The notes beneath the pieces are model-generated. The model was not told the DNA's origin. It worked only from the letters and a program-made list of their open reading frames with translations, and made no database searches. Below, one piece after another: positions 24,112 through 36,810 of a DNA stretch of 64,000 nucleotides (positions within the stretch are counted from its first letter, which is position 1; each line of letters starts with the position of its first letter). The DNA is from Octopus sinensis. Lineage: Eukaryota. Made by a program: the position numbers and the translations under genes. The DNA is taken from NCBI RefSeq assembly GCF_006345805.1, contig NC_043007.1, positions 53,940,001 to 54,004,000 on the forward strand, in the 5' to 3' direction.

Positions 24112-27100
24112 CAACATACTTTTGAAGACAAGTCAAGACATGATCAAGCAAATCTTCAGTTTTTCACCTCTGACCAAAGACAAAGAAAGGAAAACAATAA
24201 AGACAGTGATAATGAAGAAAAGAAGAATAACTGTAAGCAAATTCAATTTGATTCTAAAGAAAAAATTTTAGAAGAGAATAAAGTGACAAAGGTCTTGTTA
24301 AAAGATTTGATAAAAGATACAAAGACTGACTCTGAAACATCTCCTGAAATGTTTGAAGAAATTCAGAAAGAAAACTTTGAAAATAACAGTGATAAAAAGG
24401 CTGGAGTATCTCCGATTTGTGAAGAGAAAATAAATGACACAAAAGTAACAGTTATAGCAGAGAGTTTTGTTAAAGACAAGATTTTGGATCAAGCAAAACC
24501 AACCGTTCAAAGGTCAAAGATTACAATTAAACTTACTGGTAAAACAGGCATAAAGCCACTTCAGTATCCTGTGTTATCACCTTGGATGTCTACAAGTAAA
24601 ATGCCTGGTCCAAATAAAGCCCAATCAGCTAAAGTAAGTTCTGACAAAAAAATGTGGTCAACTAAAGAAGTTGAAAGCCAATTATCTCTTGATGATTTCT
24701 TGACATGTTCAAACAATCATGGTAGTGACCCAGTTGCTTCAGATATAGAGATTGATGAAGAAAAAACTAACATTAAAATATCTAATCTAAGCACTTGTAG
24801 ACAATCAGCTGATACTTCCATTCTACAAGAATCTATTGATGATAGTGAAAATAAAAAGTCTCAGGAATTCTTACCAGATTCACACATGTCTACAACAATG
24901 CCTGTCTCTGTTTCCCAAGTGTCTGGTAGCTGTCTTCTCCCGATCGGTGTTTTAGCAACAACACCTTTTCCACCTTCCCCACCTGAAAGTACTTGTAGGA
25001 ATTCCAGTAATGTTTTTGAGGGTACCGATAGCTCTGATTTGTGTATTTCTCTAGCAGTTGACCAAAAATCAAGTAATGTGCATGAATCAGATAAAGAGAG
25101 TGAAACTAAGGTTATTTCTGAAAGCAAAAATGGAGCAAGAACTTTGTTGAGCCAACATAAAGGTACAATACAGTTGCCAGTATCCACTGGTGCCAAGTTC
25201 TTCACAAGAGATCTTGATAAGAGGCTCCTAGGGGTTGATTCTACTTCTCAGGTTTCTATGGGAAAAATACACCATTCTCCTCCATCTGTTTTCCAGATTA
25301 CAGAGACTAATGATGCTAGTTTATATCAGACTGATAAAGAAAACATCACCTTGCATTCTTCTGTCACTCTTGAAGGAAATCCAAGCAATGGCAGTCCCCC
25401 TGTTATCCAAGAGACATCTCTGCTTGTAAACAAAGAAAACTTCCCAAAAATATGCAGTAATAATGTCTCTGACCCTTTAGCAAGCAGTACTTCTACCTTA
25501 TTTGATGAGATAAACTCTAAAAGTTGTTATAGCATCTCTGCTTTACATTCTGAATTGTCATCTGTTCCTAGCAAACTCCAGTTGTCTGATAACTTTGAAC
25601 TGCCAAGAAAATATTCTGCTATGGAGACAGCACCTTCAAACCTCTCTGCAATCAACACGGGGGAAATAAAATCTGATCATTCTGCTGTCTCTTCAAAATC
25701 AGATGCAAAAAGCAATTTTATGGAAAACAAAGACAGTTTGGTAACATTGTTAAGCAATAGTACTAGGTCTGATATGAGAACAGTTGATTCCAGTACAGTT
25801 GAGCAAAATATTTCTTTGATTCCTTTACCAACTTCTATGAGCAGTTCTTTAGCTAATATATGGGATATTCCTCTCCCTTCTAATCTACAATCTGAGTGTC
25901 AACCCCCAACCCATGGTGTATTAATTCGAGAATCTGAACACAATTATGCTATCAGACTTATGGAAAATTCAGATGGTGTTTTGCACCCTGTGAAAAGAGC
26001 TCCATTGCAACATGATGATAAAAATGTTGATAGTGATGATAGCAACAACGATATAAGTAATAACAGCTGGAAAGCACAGTCTTTTGTGGCCCAAGCATAT
26101 TTATCACATAGCCAGTCTGATGATGAAGGAGAGACAAGTCAACTGAGTATCTCATCAGAAAATGACTCTAACAATTCCCTTCCTCAGCAGTGTTCTCAGT
26201 CTTCAGAGAGTAATGATACCATTTCTCCACCAGTTCTAGAAGCAGAAGGAAGACAAAGCTGTCTAATTCCTAATGAGGATTTAAGCAACAATGACTCACC
26301 TCCGCCCCTTACTGCTGAAGTACCCTGTCTCTCACCTAGTGTCTCACTGCCATGTTCCACATCATCTGTGATACCAGTAACTCTGGTTTGCAATCCACCT
26401 TGTGAGAGTAAAACTTTATTTACTACACCAAACACATTGTCTATTGACAACACATCATTGCTGAATAACATGTCAATTCTTAACTTAGATTCAGTTATTA
26501 GGAGTCAAGCTAACTCTATCAATCACACATCTAAGACATATTCTTCTAATGACAGGAATGTAAAAAGTATTAAAAAAGTGGTTCTTTTGAAAAAGCCAGT
26601 GCAAAATATTCCTTCTCGCCATCTACGTACATCCCGAAAATCTCAATCAAAACAAAATGATGTGAAACTTTTAAAAGTAGATAAGGTAGATCAAGAAAAA
26701 ATCATTGTAAAAGTTACATCACGCACATCAGAAGGTGTACCTGTGATAAGCCTGACACCAGCAACATCAACAGCAAGCTATACCACATCAGGTCTCTCAT
26801 CTTCATCAGTTGCAACTACTTCATCTTCTGGTTCAAACTTTACAGAAATCTCTGAAACTGAAACTGCTGATAGCTCATTACTAGAAGCAGCTGCTAAAAA
26901 GGCAGAAACACTACCCAAAATGTTCATGCCTACAGTAGTCCTTCATGATATTAAATACACAATGGGTAAGGATTTATCTCCAATGGCAACTATTCCTTCA
27001 TCTATAGAGAACATTCCAATCTTTGATTCTGAAAATGATGATTCTGACAGTGATGTAAAATTTGAATCACCAAAGAAGTCGTTTGAGTCACAACGCCAGC

Positions 27101-27517
27101 TTGAAATTGAGTCACCTTCAAAAACTTTAGAAACATTTGATCCATACATGTTTCTGAACAGACCTACAAAACCTTCTATACCGTCCTCTAGCTATAACAC
27201 ACAGTTGACAAATGAGAGTTCTACTTTATTTAGCATAGGTCCTTGTGGTACTAGTGCTACTGGAAGAGTGACTGCAGATTCACTTCCATCTATTGACAAT
27301 CAGTCAATGATAAGTAACATGTTTGATGTAACTGATTGTAAGTTTGCTTTTCCTGATGTTTTCTTAGAGAATGGTGAGCCTGAAACACCTCCAAAAATAT
27401 CAAATGTTGATGTACTAGGCCCTGGACTTCCTTTTGAAACATCTAGTAAAAGCAATATTGCTCTTGGTTTGGATATCTTGAATGAGTTTTATACAGCTGA
27501 GGGAACTGAAGATTCAG
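24112..27517 (+). CDS. Very large internal coding exon (3406 nt) of an unidentified host gene; Ser/Thr/Pro-rich, probably disordered protein segment
   Basis: 1142-codon stop-free frame in AT-rich DNA. Acceptor TTTTTGTGTTCTATTTTTCAG| at 24111 (phase 0) and donor CAG|GTTAAT at 27517/27518 (phase 1) immediately before the in-frame TAA. No TE or RT motifs. Confidence 0.85.
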
Positions 27518-29259
27518 GTTAATACTCTTATCAGTGGGATAGATAATCGGTGATTAAAGTTTTTCTCTCAAACTTTTTGTCTGTATAAGTCTATTATTAT
27601 TATAACCTCTTGCAATAGATAGTATATTAGGCACAGATAATTTTTTATATTATGTTATAAGATATTTTGTTCCTGCCTTTTGGTGTTGTTATTAATCATC
27701 ATCATCATCATCATTAATAACAATAACATTGTGGTTGGTATTCTATATATTTTGTTCTTTTTTAGCTAGAATCATCAGATTCCATTATAAAATCATTTTT
27801 GTTGCAAATATGTTAGAAAATTATTCTACTACATTGAACTCATGAATTTTATCACAGTTTTCCCTATATTTCTGACAGAAAATACTACTTGTTTTTAAAG
27901 TGATTAACTGCCTTAACTACACTTATTTCATCAACTTCAAGCCCCGAGTGCTATGTTATTTTGTAGCTAGGAAGGTAACCCTAAAAACTTATGCTTCCCT
28001 AGGATTAAACTATCAGCTCTTTGGGGATTGGTTTTAGTATGTATAATTTGCTGAGAGTAATCTTGAATATTTGGTAGGGGATTGCCAAATATTAATCTTG
28101 TTCACTTAAAAATAAGAAAAAAGTTGTGAACAACAAATAAGGTATGATTTAATGGACAAGACATGGAATGTACAGTAGGTTGTCTAAAAGGTAGGTTATA
28201 TAAGAAATATATGAAAAGTTTAATGTAAAAGAAATCTTACTGGTGAAGTAATTAATTCCTGAAAGATTACTGATAGTAATTATGTTATAATTATATCCTC
28301 TTAGTTTAGTGATTTGTATTAACCAGACATATTGTATGCTAATTATTGAGGCTAACTAGAAATTTTTATGAGAGCCTTATTAAACAATGGAAGCAATAAG
28401 ATATGCAATTCTTTAAATGATTTGAGCAGTAATGAATAATTACCTTTTCTAGGTTAAGATATTTTCTAAATATTGGTGAAATTACACATGCAGTTCTTCA
28501 AAATTATGTTTCATCAGGTTTCTACTTAACTGTCAGTATTCACTTAATTCTTATTTTATTCCTCATTTTCTTCTTTTTGTTCTGTTATCTCCATGAAACT
28601 GTTCAGCACATGCAGAGGTTTTAGCCAGTATCCATATAATTGCTGTCAACTCATAAAACTTCAACTTTACATGAAGTGTTCATTTAAGTATGTATCTATT
28701 AGTCATTAATAACTGATTATCTTAAAATTTAAAATAGGACTGATATACAAGTTTCAAGCTCCTTAACAAATCAGTTACCATTTTGTTATTACCAAAAATT
28801 GAGGCAATACTCTACTGTACAAAAAAAATGATTTTTAACTCAAAACATAATAGCTAACAAAACATCTACTGGATTTCCTGTTTCATTGACGAAACTGGGT
28901 AGATAATTATTTGAAAAACCAATGATACAACTTTCCATCTACAAAACCTATATGTATATACACTGAAATATAGATATTTTTTTGTCTGTACAAAATCATG
29001 AATTAAAAGCAATCACCAAATCTTCTTTAATTATGCATGTTTCTTTTTTTCATCAAAGTTCATTTTTACCAATTATTGCATTTTAATCATAAATTTTGGC
29101 CTATTCTGTAACAATTTGTAGTCTCCTCATCTAAAAATAGAACAAAAAGTATTCTCAACATAGTTATCAAAATTGTAACTGCTGCTATTTTTTTTTTGTA
29201 TAACTCTTTTGTTATCTTATACATAATCTTAGCGACTGCAAAACATTATGGGTGTGCAT

Positions 29260-29607
29260 TAGACTGCAGCCATGCTGGGGTACCTCCTTGGAGAATTTTC
29301 AGTCAAATGAATCAAACCCAGTACTTGTTTTTTAAAGACTGGTACTTATTCTATTAATCTCTTTCACCAAACTGCTAATGTACAGGAATGTAAACACACC
29401 AGCACCAGTTGTTAAGCAGGGACAAATACTCACTCATAAATATACAATGAGTTTCTTTTGGTTTCTGTTTACCAAATCCACTCACAAGGCTTTGGTCAAC
29501 CTGAGGCTGTAGTAGAAGACACTTTCCATAGGTGCCATACAGTGGGACTGAACCCGGAACCTTGTGGTTGGGAAGCAAGCTTTTTATCAGACAGTCATGC
29601 CTGTACC
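29260..29607 (-). mobile_element. tRNA-derived SINE (microsatellite-core family)
   Basis: Minus-strand head ..AACCACAAGGTTCCGGGTTCAGTCCCACTG and body CCAAAGCCTTGTGAGTGGATTTGG. Confidence 0.8.
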
Positions 29608-29627
29608 TATATATATATATATATATA

Positions 29628-29800
29628 CTTTATTTAAAGCAGCAGAAAATTCAACAAAACCTGTTACTCTGAGTTTCCCGTTTCCGTTCGTAGCAAAAAC
29701 TGTCCGACGAACGGAAACGGGAAACTCAGAGTAACAGGTTTTGTTGAATTTTCTGCTGCTTTAAATAAAGCATATTACTCTACCACTGGTATTTGAGTAC
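29628..29800 (+). mobile_element. Penelope-like end fragment forming a perfect 64-bp hairpin
   Basis: 29628-29691 is the exact reverse complement of 29707-29770 (15-nt spacer). It is followed by AATAAAGCATATTACTCT..TTGAGTAC, similar to the relic end at 55535-55567. Confidence 0.65.
29696..29741 (+). ncRNA. Candidate minimal hammerhead ribozyme (CCGACGA core variant)
   Basis: CTGT-CCGACGA-ACG(GAAA)CGG-GAAA-CTCAGAG-TA-ACAG. Confidence 0.35.
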
Positions 29801-29914
29801 TATATATATATATGTATATGTATGTGTGTGTGTGTGTATATATATAGTTGAAATTTATAGAAAAACAAAAGATGAAGACAGGTATTAGCTTGATGCTTGG
29901 GAAGGTTAGAAAGT

Positions 29915-29950
29915 CTTTTATGTTTCAAGCCTACGCTCTTCATCAGAAAG
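29915..29950 (-). ncRNA. Candidate decayed minimal hammerhead ribozyme
   Basis: Minus: CTTT-CTGATGA-A-GAGC(GTAG)GCTT-GAAA-CA-TA-AAAG. Confidence 0.4.
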
Positions 29951-30051
29951 GAACGTGAGGTACTAATCAGAGAGAGGGAATAAAAAAAACTTGTGGATTT
30001 AGCTGTCAATCATGGTGCCGTATATGTGTATGTATGTATACTTATATGTAT

Positions 30052-30285
30052 ATCATCATCATCGTTTAACGTCCGCTTTCCATGCTAGCATGGGTTGGAC
30101 GGTTCAACTGGAGTCTGGGAAGCCCGAAGGCTGCACCAGGCCAGTCAGATCTGACGGTGTTTCTACAGCTGGATGCCCTTCCTAACGCCAACCACTCCGT
30201 GAGTGTAGTGGGTGCTTTTTATGTGCCACCGACACAGGTGCCAGACGACACTGGCGAACGGCCACGCTTGGATGGTGTTTTTATG
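30052..30285 (-). mobile_element. RTE 3' tail fragment
   Basis: CATCATCGTTTAACGTCCGCTTTCCATGCTAGCATGGG... identical in type to the other RTE ends. Confidence 0.85.
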
Positions 30286-30349
30286 TATGTATATATATAT
30301 GCATGTATATATATATGTATATATGTGTGTATATATATGTATAAAAGGA

Positions 30350-30665
30350 GCACTCTGTCAGGTATGATGATGAGGGTCCCAGCTGATACGATCAACGGAA
30401 CAGCCTGCTCATGAAATTAACATGCAAGTGACTGAGCAATCCACAGACACGTATACCCCTAATGTAGTTCTCAGGAAGATTCAGCGTGACACAGAGTGTA
30501 TCAAGGCTGAACCTTTGAAATACAGGTACAACTCATTTTTGCCAGCTGAGTGGACTGGAGCAACGTGAAGTAAAGTGTCTTGCTCTAGGACACAATGCGT
30601 TGCTGAGAATCGAACTCATGACCTTACAATCGTGAGCAGAATGCCCTAACCACTAAGCCACATGC
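30350..30665 (-). mobile_element. tRNA-derived SINE
   Basis: Minus-strand head TGTGGCTTAGTGGTTAGGGC (A box), GAGTTCGATTC (B box), and body GAGCAAGACACTTTACTTCACGTTGCTCCAGTCCACTCAGCTG. Confidence 0.85.
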
Positions 30666-30704
30666 CTTGGACGTGTGGCTTAGTATCAGCTAGGACCCTC
30701 GTCA

Positions 30705-31033
30705 TCATATATTCCAACATCACCATCAAAGTACAGGACCAGATACTGCAACAGCTTGGGTTTCAGAGGACCACAGCTCTTCAACATCCTCCCTAAATGA
30801 CTGAGAGACTTGCATGGTGTGGATGTGGGTTTCTTTAAAACTAAACTGGATCTCTTCTTGTCGAGGGTCCCAGATGAAACTACCTCTCGGCAGGAGACAC
30901 AGATGCGGGCAGCGGCATTGAACTCCCTTGTTGACCAAGTGCCACGTATCAGAGGTGGATTCACATATTAGTGTAGCTCATTCAACGGTGGTGCCCCAGC
31001 ATAGCCACAGCCATCGGGCTAAAACATTTTTAA
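30705..31033 (+). mobile_element. CR1-clade LINE 3' end fragment
   Basis: YCNSLGFRGPQLFNILPK..KLDLFLSRVPDE..NSLVDQV, homologous to 54240-54470, plus the 3' tail. Confidence 0.85.
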
Positions 31034-31044
31034 GGATATATATA

Positions 31045-34000
31045 CATCATCATCATCATCATCATCATTTAGCGTCCGTTTTCCATGCTAGCATGGGTTG
31101 GACGGTTCAACTGGGGTCTGGGGAGCCCGAAGGCTGCACCAGGCCAGTCAGATCTGGCAGTGTTTCTACAGCTGGATGCCCTTCCTAACGCCAACCACTC
31201 CGAGAGTGTAGTGGGTGATTTTATGTGCCACCGACACAGGTGCCAGACGAGGCTGGCGAACGGCCACGCTCGGATGGTGTTTTTATGTGCCACCGACACA
31301 GGTGCCAGACGAGGCTGGCAGACGGCCACGATCGGATGGTGTTTGTTACGTCCCCAAAGCACGGAGGCCAGTCTATGCGGTACTGGCTACGGCCACGTTC
31401 GGAGGATTTTCTTGTGTGCCACCGGCACTGGTACCACAAGATACAAATTCCATTGATGTTCATCTATTTTGATTTGATTTGATTTGATTTGATTTTCACT
31501 TGCCTCAACAGGTTTTCACAAGTGTCACAAGAAGGAAGGTATGCACAGGTGGACTGACTACGTCCCAGGTAGGGGCCACGGGTTATGGCCTGACTAGTCT
31601 TGCCGGGTCTTCGGATGGTGTTTTTATGTGCCACCGACACAGGTGCCAGATGAGGCTGGCGAACGGCCACGATCGGATGGTGTTTGTTGCGTGCCCACAG
31701 CACGGAGGCCAGTCGATGCGGTACTGGCTACGGCCACGTTCGGATGGTTTTTTTGTGTGCCACCGGCACTGTAACCACAAGATACAAATTCCATTGATGT
31801 TCATCTATTTTGATTTGATTTGATTTGATTTTCACTTGCCTCAACAGGTCTTCACAAGTGTCACAAGAAGGAAGGAAGGTATGCACAGGTGGACTGACTA
31901 CGTCCCAAGTAGGGGCCATGGGTTATGGCCTGACTAGTCTTGCCGGGTCTTCGGTTGGTGTTTTTATGTGCCACTGACACAGGTGCCAGATGAGGCTGGC
32001 GGACGGCCACGATCGGATGGTGTTTGTTATGTGCCCACATCACAGAGGCCAGTCGATGCGGTACTGGCTACGGCCATGTTCGGATGGTTTTCTTGTGTGC
32101 CACCATACTGGTATCACAAAGATACAAATTCCATTGATGTTCATCTATTTTGATTTGGTTTGATTTGATTTGATTTGATTTTGATTTTGATTTTTTTTTG
32201 ATTTTCACTTGCCTCAACAGGTCTACACAAGTGTCACACACTTGCCTCAACAGGTCTTCACAAGTGTCATAAGTAGGAAGGTATGCACAGGTGGACTGAC
32301 TACGTCGCCGGGTCTTCGGATGGTGTTTTTATGTGCCACCGACACAGGTGCCAGATGAGGCTGGCGAACGGCCACGATCGGATGGTTTTCTTGTGTGCCA
32401 CCGGTACTGGAACCACAAAGATACAAATTCCATTGATGTTCATCTATTTTGATTTGGTTTGATTTTCACTTGCCTCAACAGGTCTTCACAAGTGTCACAC
32501 GTGTCACACACTTGCCTCAACAGGTCTCCACAAGTGTCACACACTTGCCTCTGCCTCAACAGGTTTTCACTCACACACTTGCTTCAACAGGTCTCCACAA
32601 GTGTCACACACTTGCCTCTGCCTCAACAGGTCTTCACAAAGTGTCACACACTTGCCTCTGCCTCAACAGGTCTTCACAAGTGTCACACACTTGCCTCAAC
32701 AGGTCTTCACAAGTGTCATAAGAGGGAAGGTATGCACAGGTGGACTGACTACGTCGCCGGGTCTTCGGATGGTGTTTTTATGTGCCACCGACACAGGTGC
32801 CAGATGAGGCTGGCGAACGGCCACGATCAGATGGTGTTTGTTGTGCCCACAGCACGGAGGCCAGTCGATGCGGTACTGGCTATGGCCACGTTCGGATGGT
32901 TTTCTTGTGTGCCACCGGTACTGGAACCACAAAGATACAAATTCCATTGATGTTCATCTATTTTGATTTGGTTTGATTTATTTTCACTTGCCTCAACAGG
33001 TCTTCACAAGGTCACACACTTGCCTCAACAGGTCTCCACAAGTGTCACACACACTTGCCTCTGCCTCAACAGGTCTTCACAAGTGTCACACACTTGCCTC
33101 AACAGGTCTTCACAAGTGTCATAAGAGGGAAGGTATGCACAGGTGGACTGACTACGTCGCCGGGTCTTCAGATGGTGTCTTTATGTGCCACCGACACAGG
33201 TGCCAGATGAGGCTGGCGAACGGCCATGATCGGATGGTGTTTGTTGTGCCCACAGCACGGAGGCCAGTCGATGCGGTACTGGCTACGGCCACGTTTGGGT
33301 GGTTTTCTTGTGTGCCACCGGCACTGGTACCACAAAGAGTACAATTCCACTGACGTTCATCTATTTTGATTTGTTTTGATTTGATTTTCACTTGCCTCAA
33401 CAGGTCTTCATAAGTGTCACAAGAAGGAAGGTATGCACAGGAGGACTGACTACGTCCCAGGTAGGGGCCACGGGTTATGGCCTGACTAGTCTTGCCGGGT
33501 CTTCTCACGCACAGCATACTTCCATAGGTCTCGGTCTCTAGACATTTCCTTAGTGAGACCTAAAGTTCGAAGGTCGTGCTTCACCACCTCGTCCCAGGTT
33601 TTCCTGGGTCTACCTCTTCACAGGTTCCCTCAACTGCTAGGGTGTAGCACTTTTGCACACAACTATCTTCAGCCTTTCTCGTCACATGACCATACAGCGC
33701 AGCCGTCTCTCTTGCACACCACAACTGACGCTTCTTAGGTTCAACTTTTCTCTCAAGGAACTTACACTCTGACGATTATGAACACTGACATTACACATCC
33801 ATCGGAGCATACTGGCTTCATTTCTTGCGAGCTTACGCATATCCTCAGCAGTCACGGCCCATGTTTCACTACCATGTAGCATGGCTGTACGTACACATGC
33901 ATCATACAGTCTGCCTTTTACTCTGAGCGAGAGGCCTTTTGTCACCAGCAGGGGTAAGAGCTCTCTAAACTTTGCCCAGGCTATTCTTACTCTAGCAGTT

Positions 34001-36810
34001 ACACTTTCAGCACACCCCCACCCCGCTACTGACTTGGTCTCCTAGGTAGCGGAAGCTATCAACTACTTCTAGTTTGTCTCCCTGGAACGTGGCAGAAGTT
34101 GGTCTCTGCACATTTCCAGTGTTTATTGCTCCTGAGAATTTGCCACAGACAAAAACTATTTTCCTAGTTAGCCTTCCTTTGACATTGCTGCACCTCTTAT
34201 GTGTCCATAGCTTACACTTGGTGCATCTTATAGAGTTTTACCTACACCTTTTTTACAGATCGAGCAGGGCCATCTACCTGAAGGCGTTTGTGATTGATCT
34301 ACCTTCCTACTTATTAGGACTTTGGTTTGGCTAGGTTGATTCTAAGGCCCTTCGATTCTAATCCTTGTTTCCACACCTGAAACTTCTCCTCCAGTTCTGA
34401 TAGTGACTCAGCAATTAGAGCAAGGTCATCAGCATAGAGGAGCTCCCAGGGGCAACCTGTCTTGAATTCCTCCGTTATTGCCTGGAGGACTATGATAAAT
34501 AGGGGGGGACTGAGGACTGAACCTTGGTGGACACCCAACCTCTACCCGGAATTCTTCACTGTACTCGTTGCCAACCCTCACCTTACTAGCAGCGTCTCTG
34601 TACATAGCTTGCACAGCTCTCACCAACCATTCTTCTATCCCTAGTTTCTCATTGACCACCAGATAAGGGATCGGGGGACCCTGTCAAAGGCTTTCTCCAA
34701 GTCAACAAAAGCCAGGTACAAGGGCTTATCTTTGGCTAGGTATTTCTCCTGCAGCTGTCTTACCAGGAATATAGCATCAGTAGTACTTTTCCCTGGCACG
34801 AACCCAAACTGCATATCATCTAAGCTAACTCTCTCTCTAATTAGTGGGGCTATAACCCTCTCCGTAACCTTCATTACCTGATCCAGCAGCTTGATGCCCC
34901 TGTAGTTATTTGTCTCTAGGGCGTCGCCTTTACCTTTGTAGCAGTTGACTATTATGCTGCTACACCAGTCATTGGGTATGACCCCTCGTGTATCACCTGG
35001 TTAACTATACGGTGACTAAGCTATAGCCGACACCACCAGATATTTTGAGCATCTCTGCAGTAATTCCTGATGGGCCTGGGGCTTTCCCTGTTTTCATGCT
35101 TCTAATTGCCTTATCTACTAAGGAACTGTTAACTCGGATTGCTGGTCCCTCTGTTGGGTCGACATTCGGCAGACTCTCTTTATCCCATTCATTTTCTTCA
35201 TTCAGCAACCTATCATAGTGGCGTCTCCAAGCCTCTCTCTTTGCATCCTCATTAAGCGCAAGTGAACCGTCATCCTTGCGAACACATTTCTCTCCTACCA
35301 CGTCACGATTCTCTCTCACACCTGTCACTGTCTTGCAACACGAAATACCTCAAGTCTTTCATCCTCACGACGCAGGACATTGGCAAATTTTTCCTTATCT
35401 GCCTCCCCTCTGGCTAGATAGACCTGTCTCCTGGCTTCCCTTCTGGCAGACTGATACACTTCCCTGCTACCACCGTTCTTCCAGGCCTTCCAAGCCTGTT
35501 TCTTTTGTCTAATAGCCCTGTCAACAATATTGTTCCACCACCACGTTATTTTGGGTCTTAAGGGGACTTTGCACCAGCCACAGATCTGGTCAGCGGCTTT
35601 CAGCAGGTTGTCCCTCAGAAGCGTCCAGTTGTCTTCTACCCCATGCGTAGCTATACTCCCTTCCATTTCGTCTAAGGCTTCAAATAACATATCTCTAAAT
35701 CTCTGTCCATTCGCAGGGTCTTTAAGCTTCCAGACCCTTCTTCTCCATGTGTTCGTCTTCTAGTCGCCCTCTTAGTCTGATCCTAAAGTCACTAACTACC
35801 AGTCTATGTTGTGGGGTGCATTCTTCACCTGGGAAGGTTTTGGCATTTATAAGCAGCCATCTTTCCCTTTTTCTGGCAAGGATGTAGTCGATTTGGCTAG
35901 TATGCCGGCCCGATCGGTAGGTGACCAGGTGGCTTGTCGGTTTCCTGAAGTTAGTGTTGCAAATCATAAGACTATTCGCATCGCAGAACTCTCCAGCAGC
36001 CTGGTTCCCTCCTCGTTGCGGGAACCATAACCGTAGCCTCCATGCACGCCATGGAAGCCCCCAGCACATCGTCCAACATGCCCATTGAAGTCACCAGCCA
36101 CAAAGAGAAGGTCCCTGTCGTTCGTCAATGATGTGGTCTGCAGTAGGGTGTCATAGAAACAGTCTTTCTGTCTGTCCATCAGGTAGCCCTGGCTGAGGGC
36201 ATAGGCCGATATAATAGTTGCTAAACTATGGTGGGGCACTAATCTAATCTTAATTATTCTGTCACTTACTCGACTACACCTCGATTACCTTATCTACCCA
36301 TTTTTCGGCGATAAGCATGCCCACACCCCCGACTCCGTCAGTATTCCCAGCCCAGAAAATCTTGTACCTCTGTCCTTTGCCTGTGAGGAACCTAGCAGAA
36401 CCTCCTCTCCACCTCACTTCTTGAATGCAGCATATATCAACCCACCTCCGTTCAAGCAATTCAACTATCTCGCCAGATCTGCCTTTCAGTGTGCCAACGT
36501 TGAGGGTGCCAACCCTGAGGCTGTGGGTGGGGGTGGAAGTGGTATTGGTCCTTAATAGCGTCGTGGACCTGAAAAGAAAACTCGCGTTTGGCAGTATTCA
36601 TAGACAAACAATAGACTTAAGTTCAAACCTCGTACACAACACTAAACATATCTTGCAATGACTGACCACTACCTTTTATGGAAGGAGGTGGGGGTGGGGT
36701 AAGACTTTGAAGTGTATAAGGGAGACAAGGATGAGAAAATTTAGGACTTCCTGTACCGGTGGTGGGGGGGGTGGGAGGTGGTGCGGCGCGAAAACCGGGC
36801 GAACGGGCGC
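31045..36810 (-). mobile_element. Near full-length RTE LINE (5' UTR, EN, RT+PHD, amplified 3' UTR); ORF broken by many single-base indels
   Basis: Minus-strand fragments LRVGTLNVGTL, CIQEVRW, AGDFNGHVG, QIDYIL, QFGF, YADD and the C-terminus ending at 33486; (CAT)n tail at 31045. Confidence 0.95.
31272..33504 (-). repeat. Six tandem 335-450-bp units made of RTE ORF end + 3' UTR, with nested ~31-37-bp minisatellite
   Basis: Unit junctions GCCGGGTCTTC| at 31612, 31952, 32317, 32766, 33169 and 33504; minisatellite CACACTTGCCTCAACAGGTCTTCACAAGTGT expanded at 32470-33120. Confidence 0.9.

Noticed and set aside
32440-33130. CRISPR-like regular ~31-37-bp repeats
   Set aside because: The units are contiguous or separated by RTE 3' UTR sequence rather than unique spacers, there are no cas genes, and the context is eukaryotic. 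It is a minisatellite within the LINE.
36565-36675. Non-AUG start or intron at the RTE ORF 5' end (TTTTCTTTTCAG acceptor-like motif on the minus strand)
   Set aside because: An ATG at 36601 lies one base out of frame (MNTAKREFSFQ..) and this copy has many single-base indels, so a lost or gained base is the simpler explanation.
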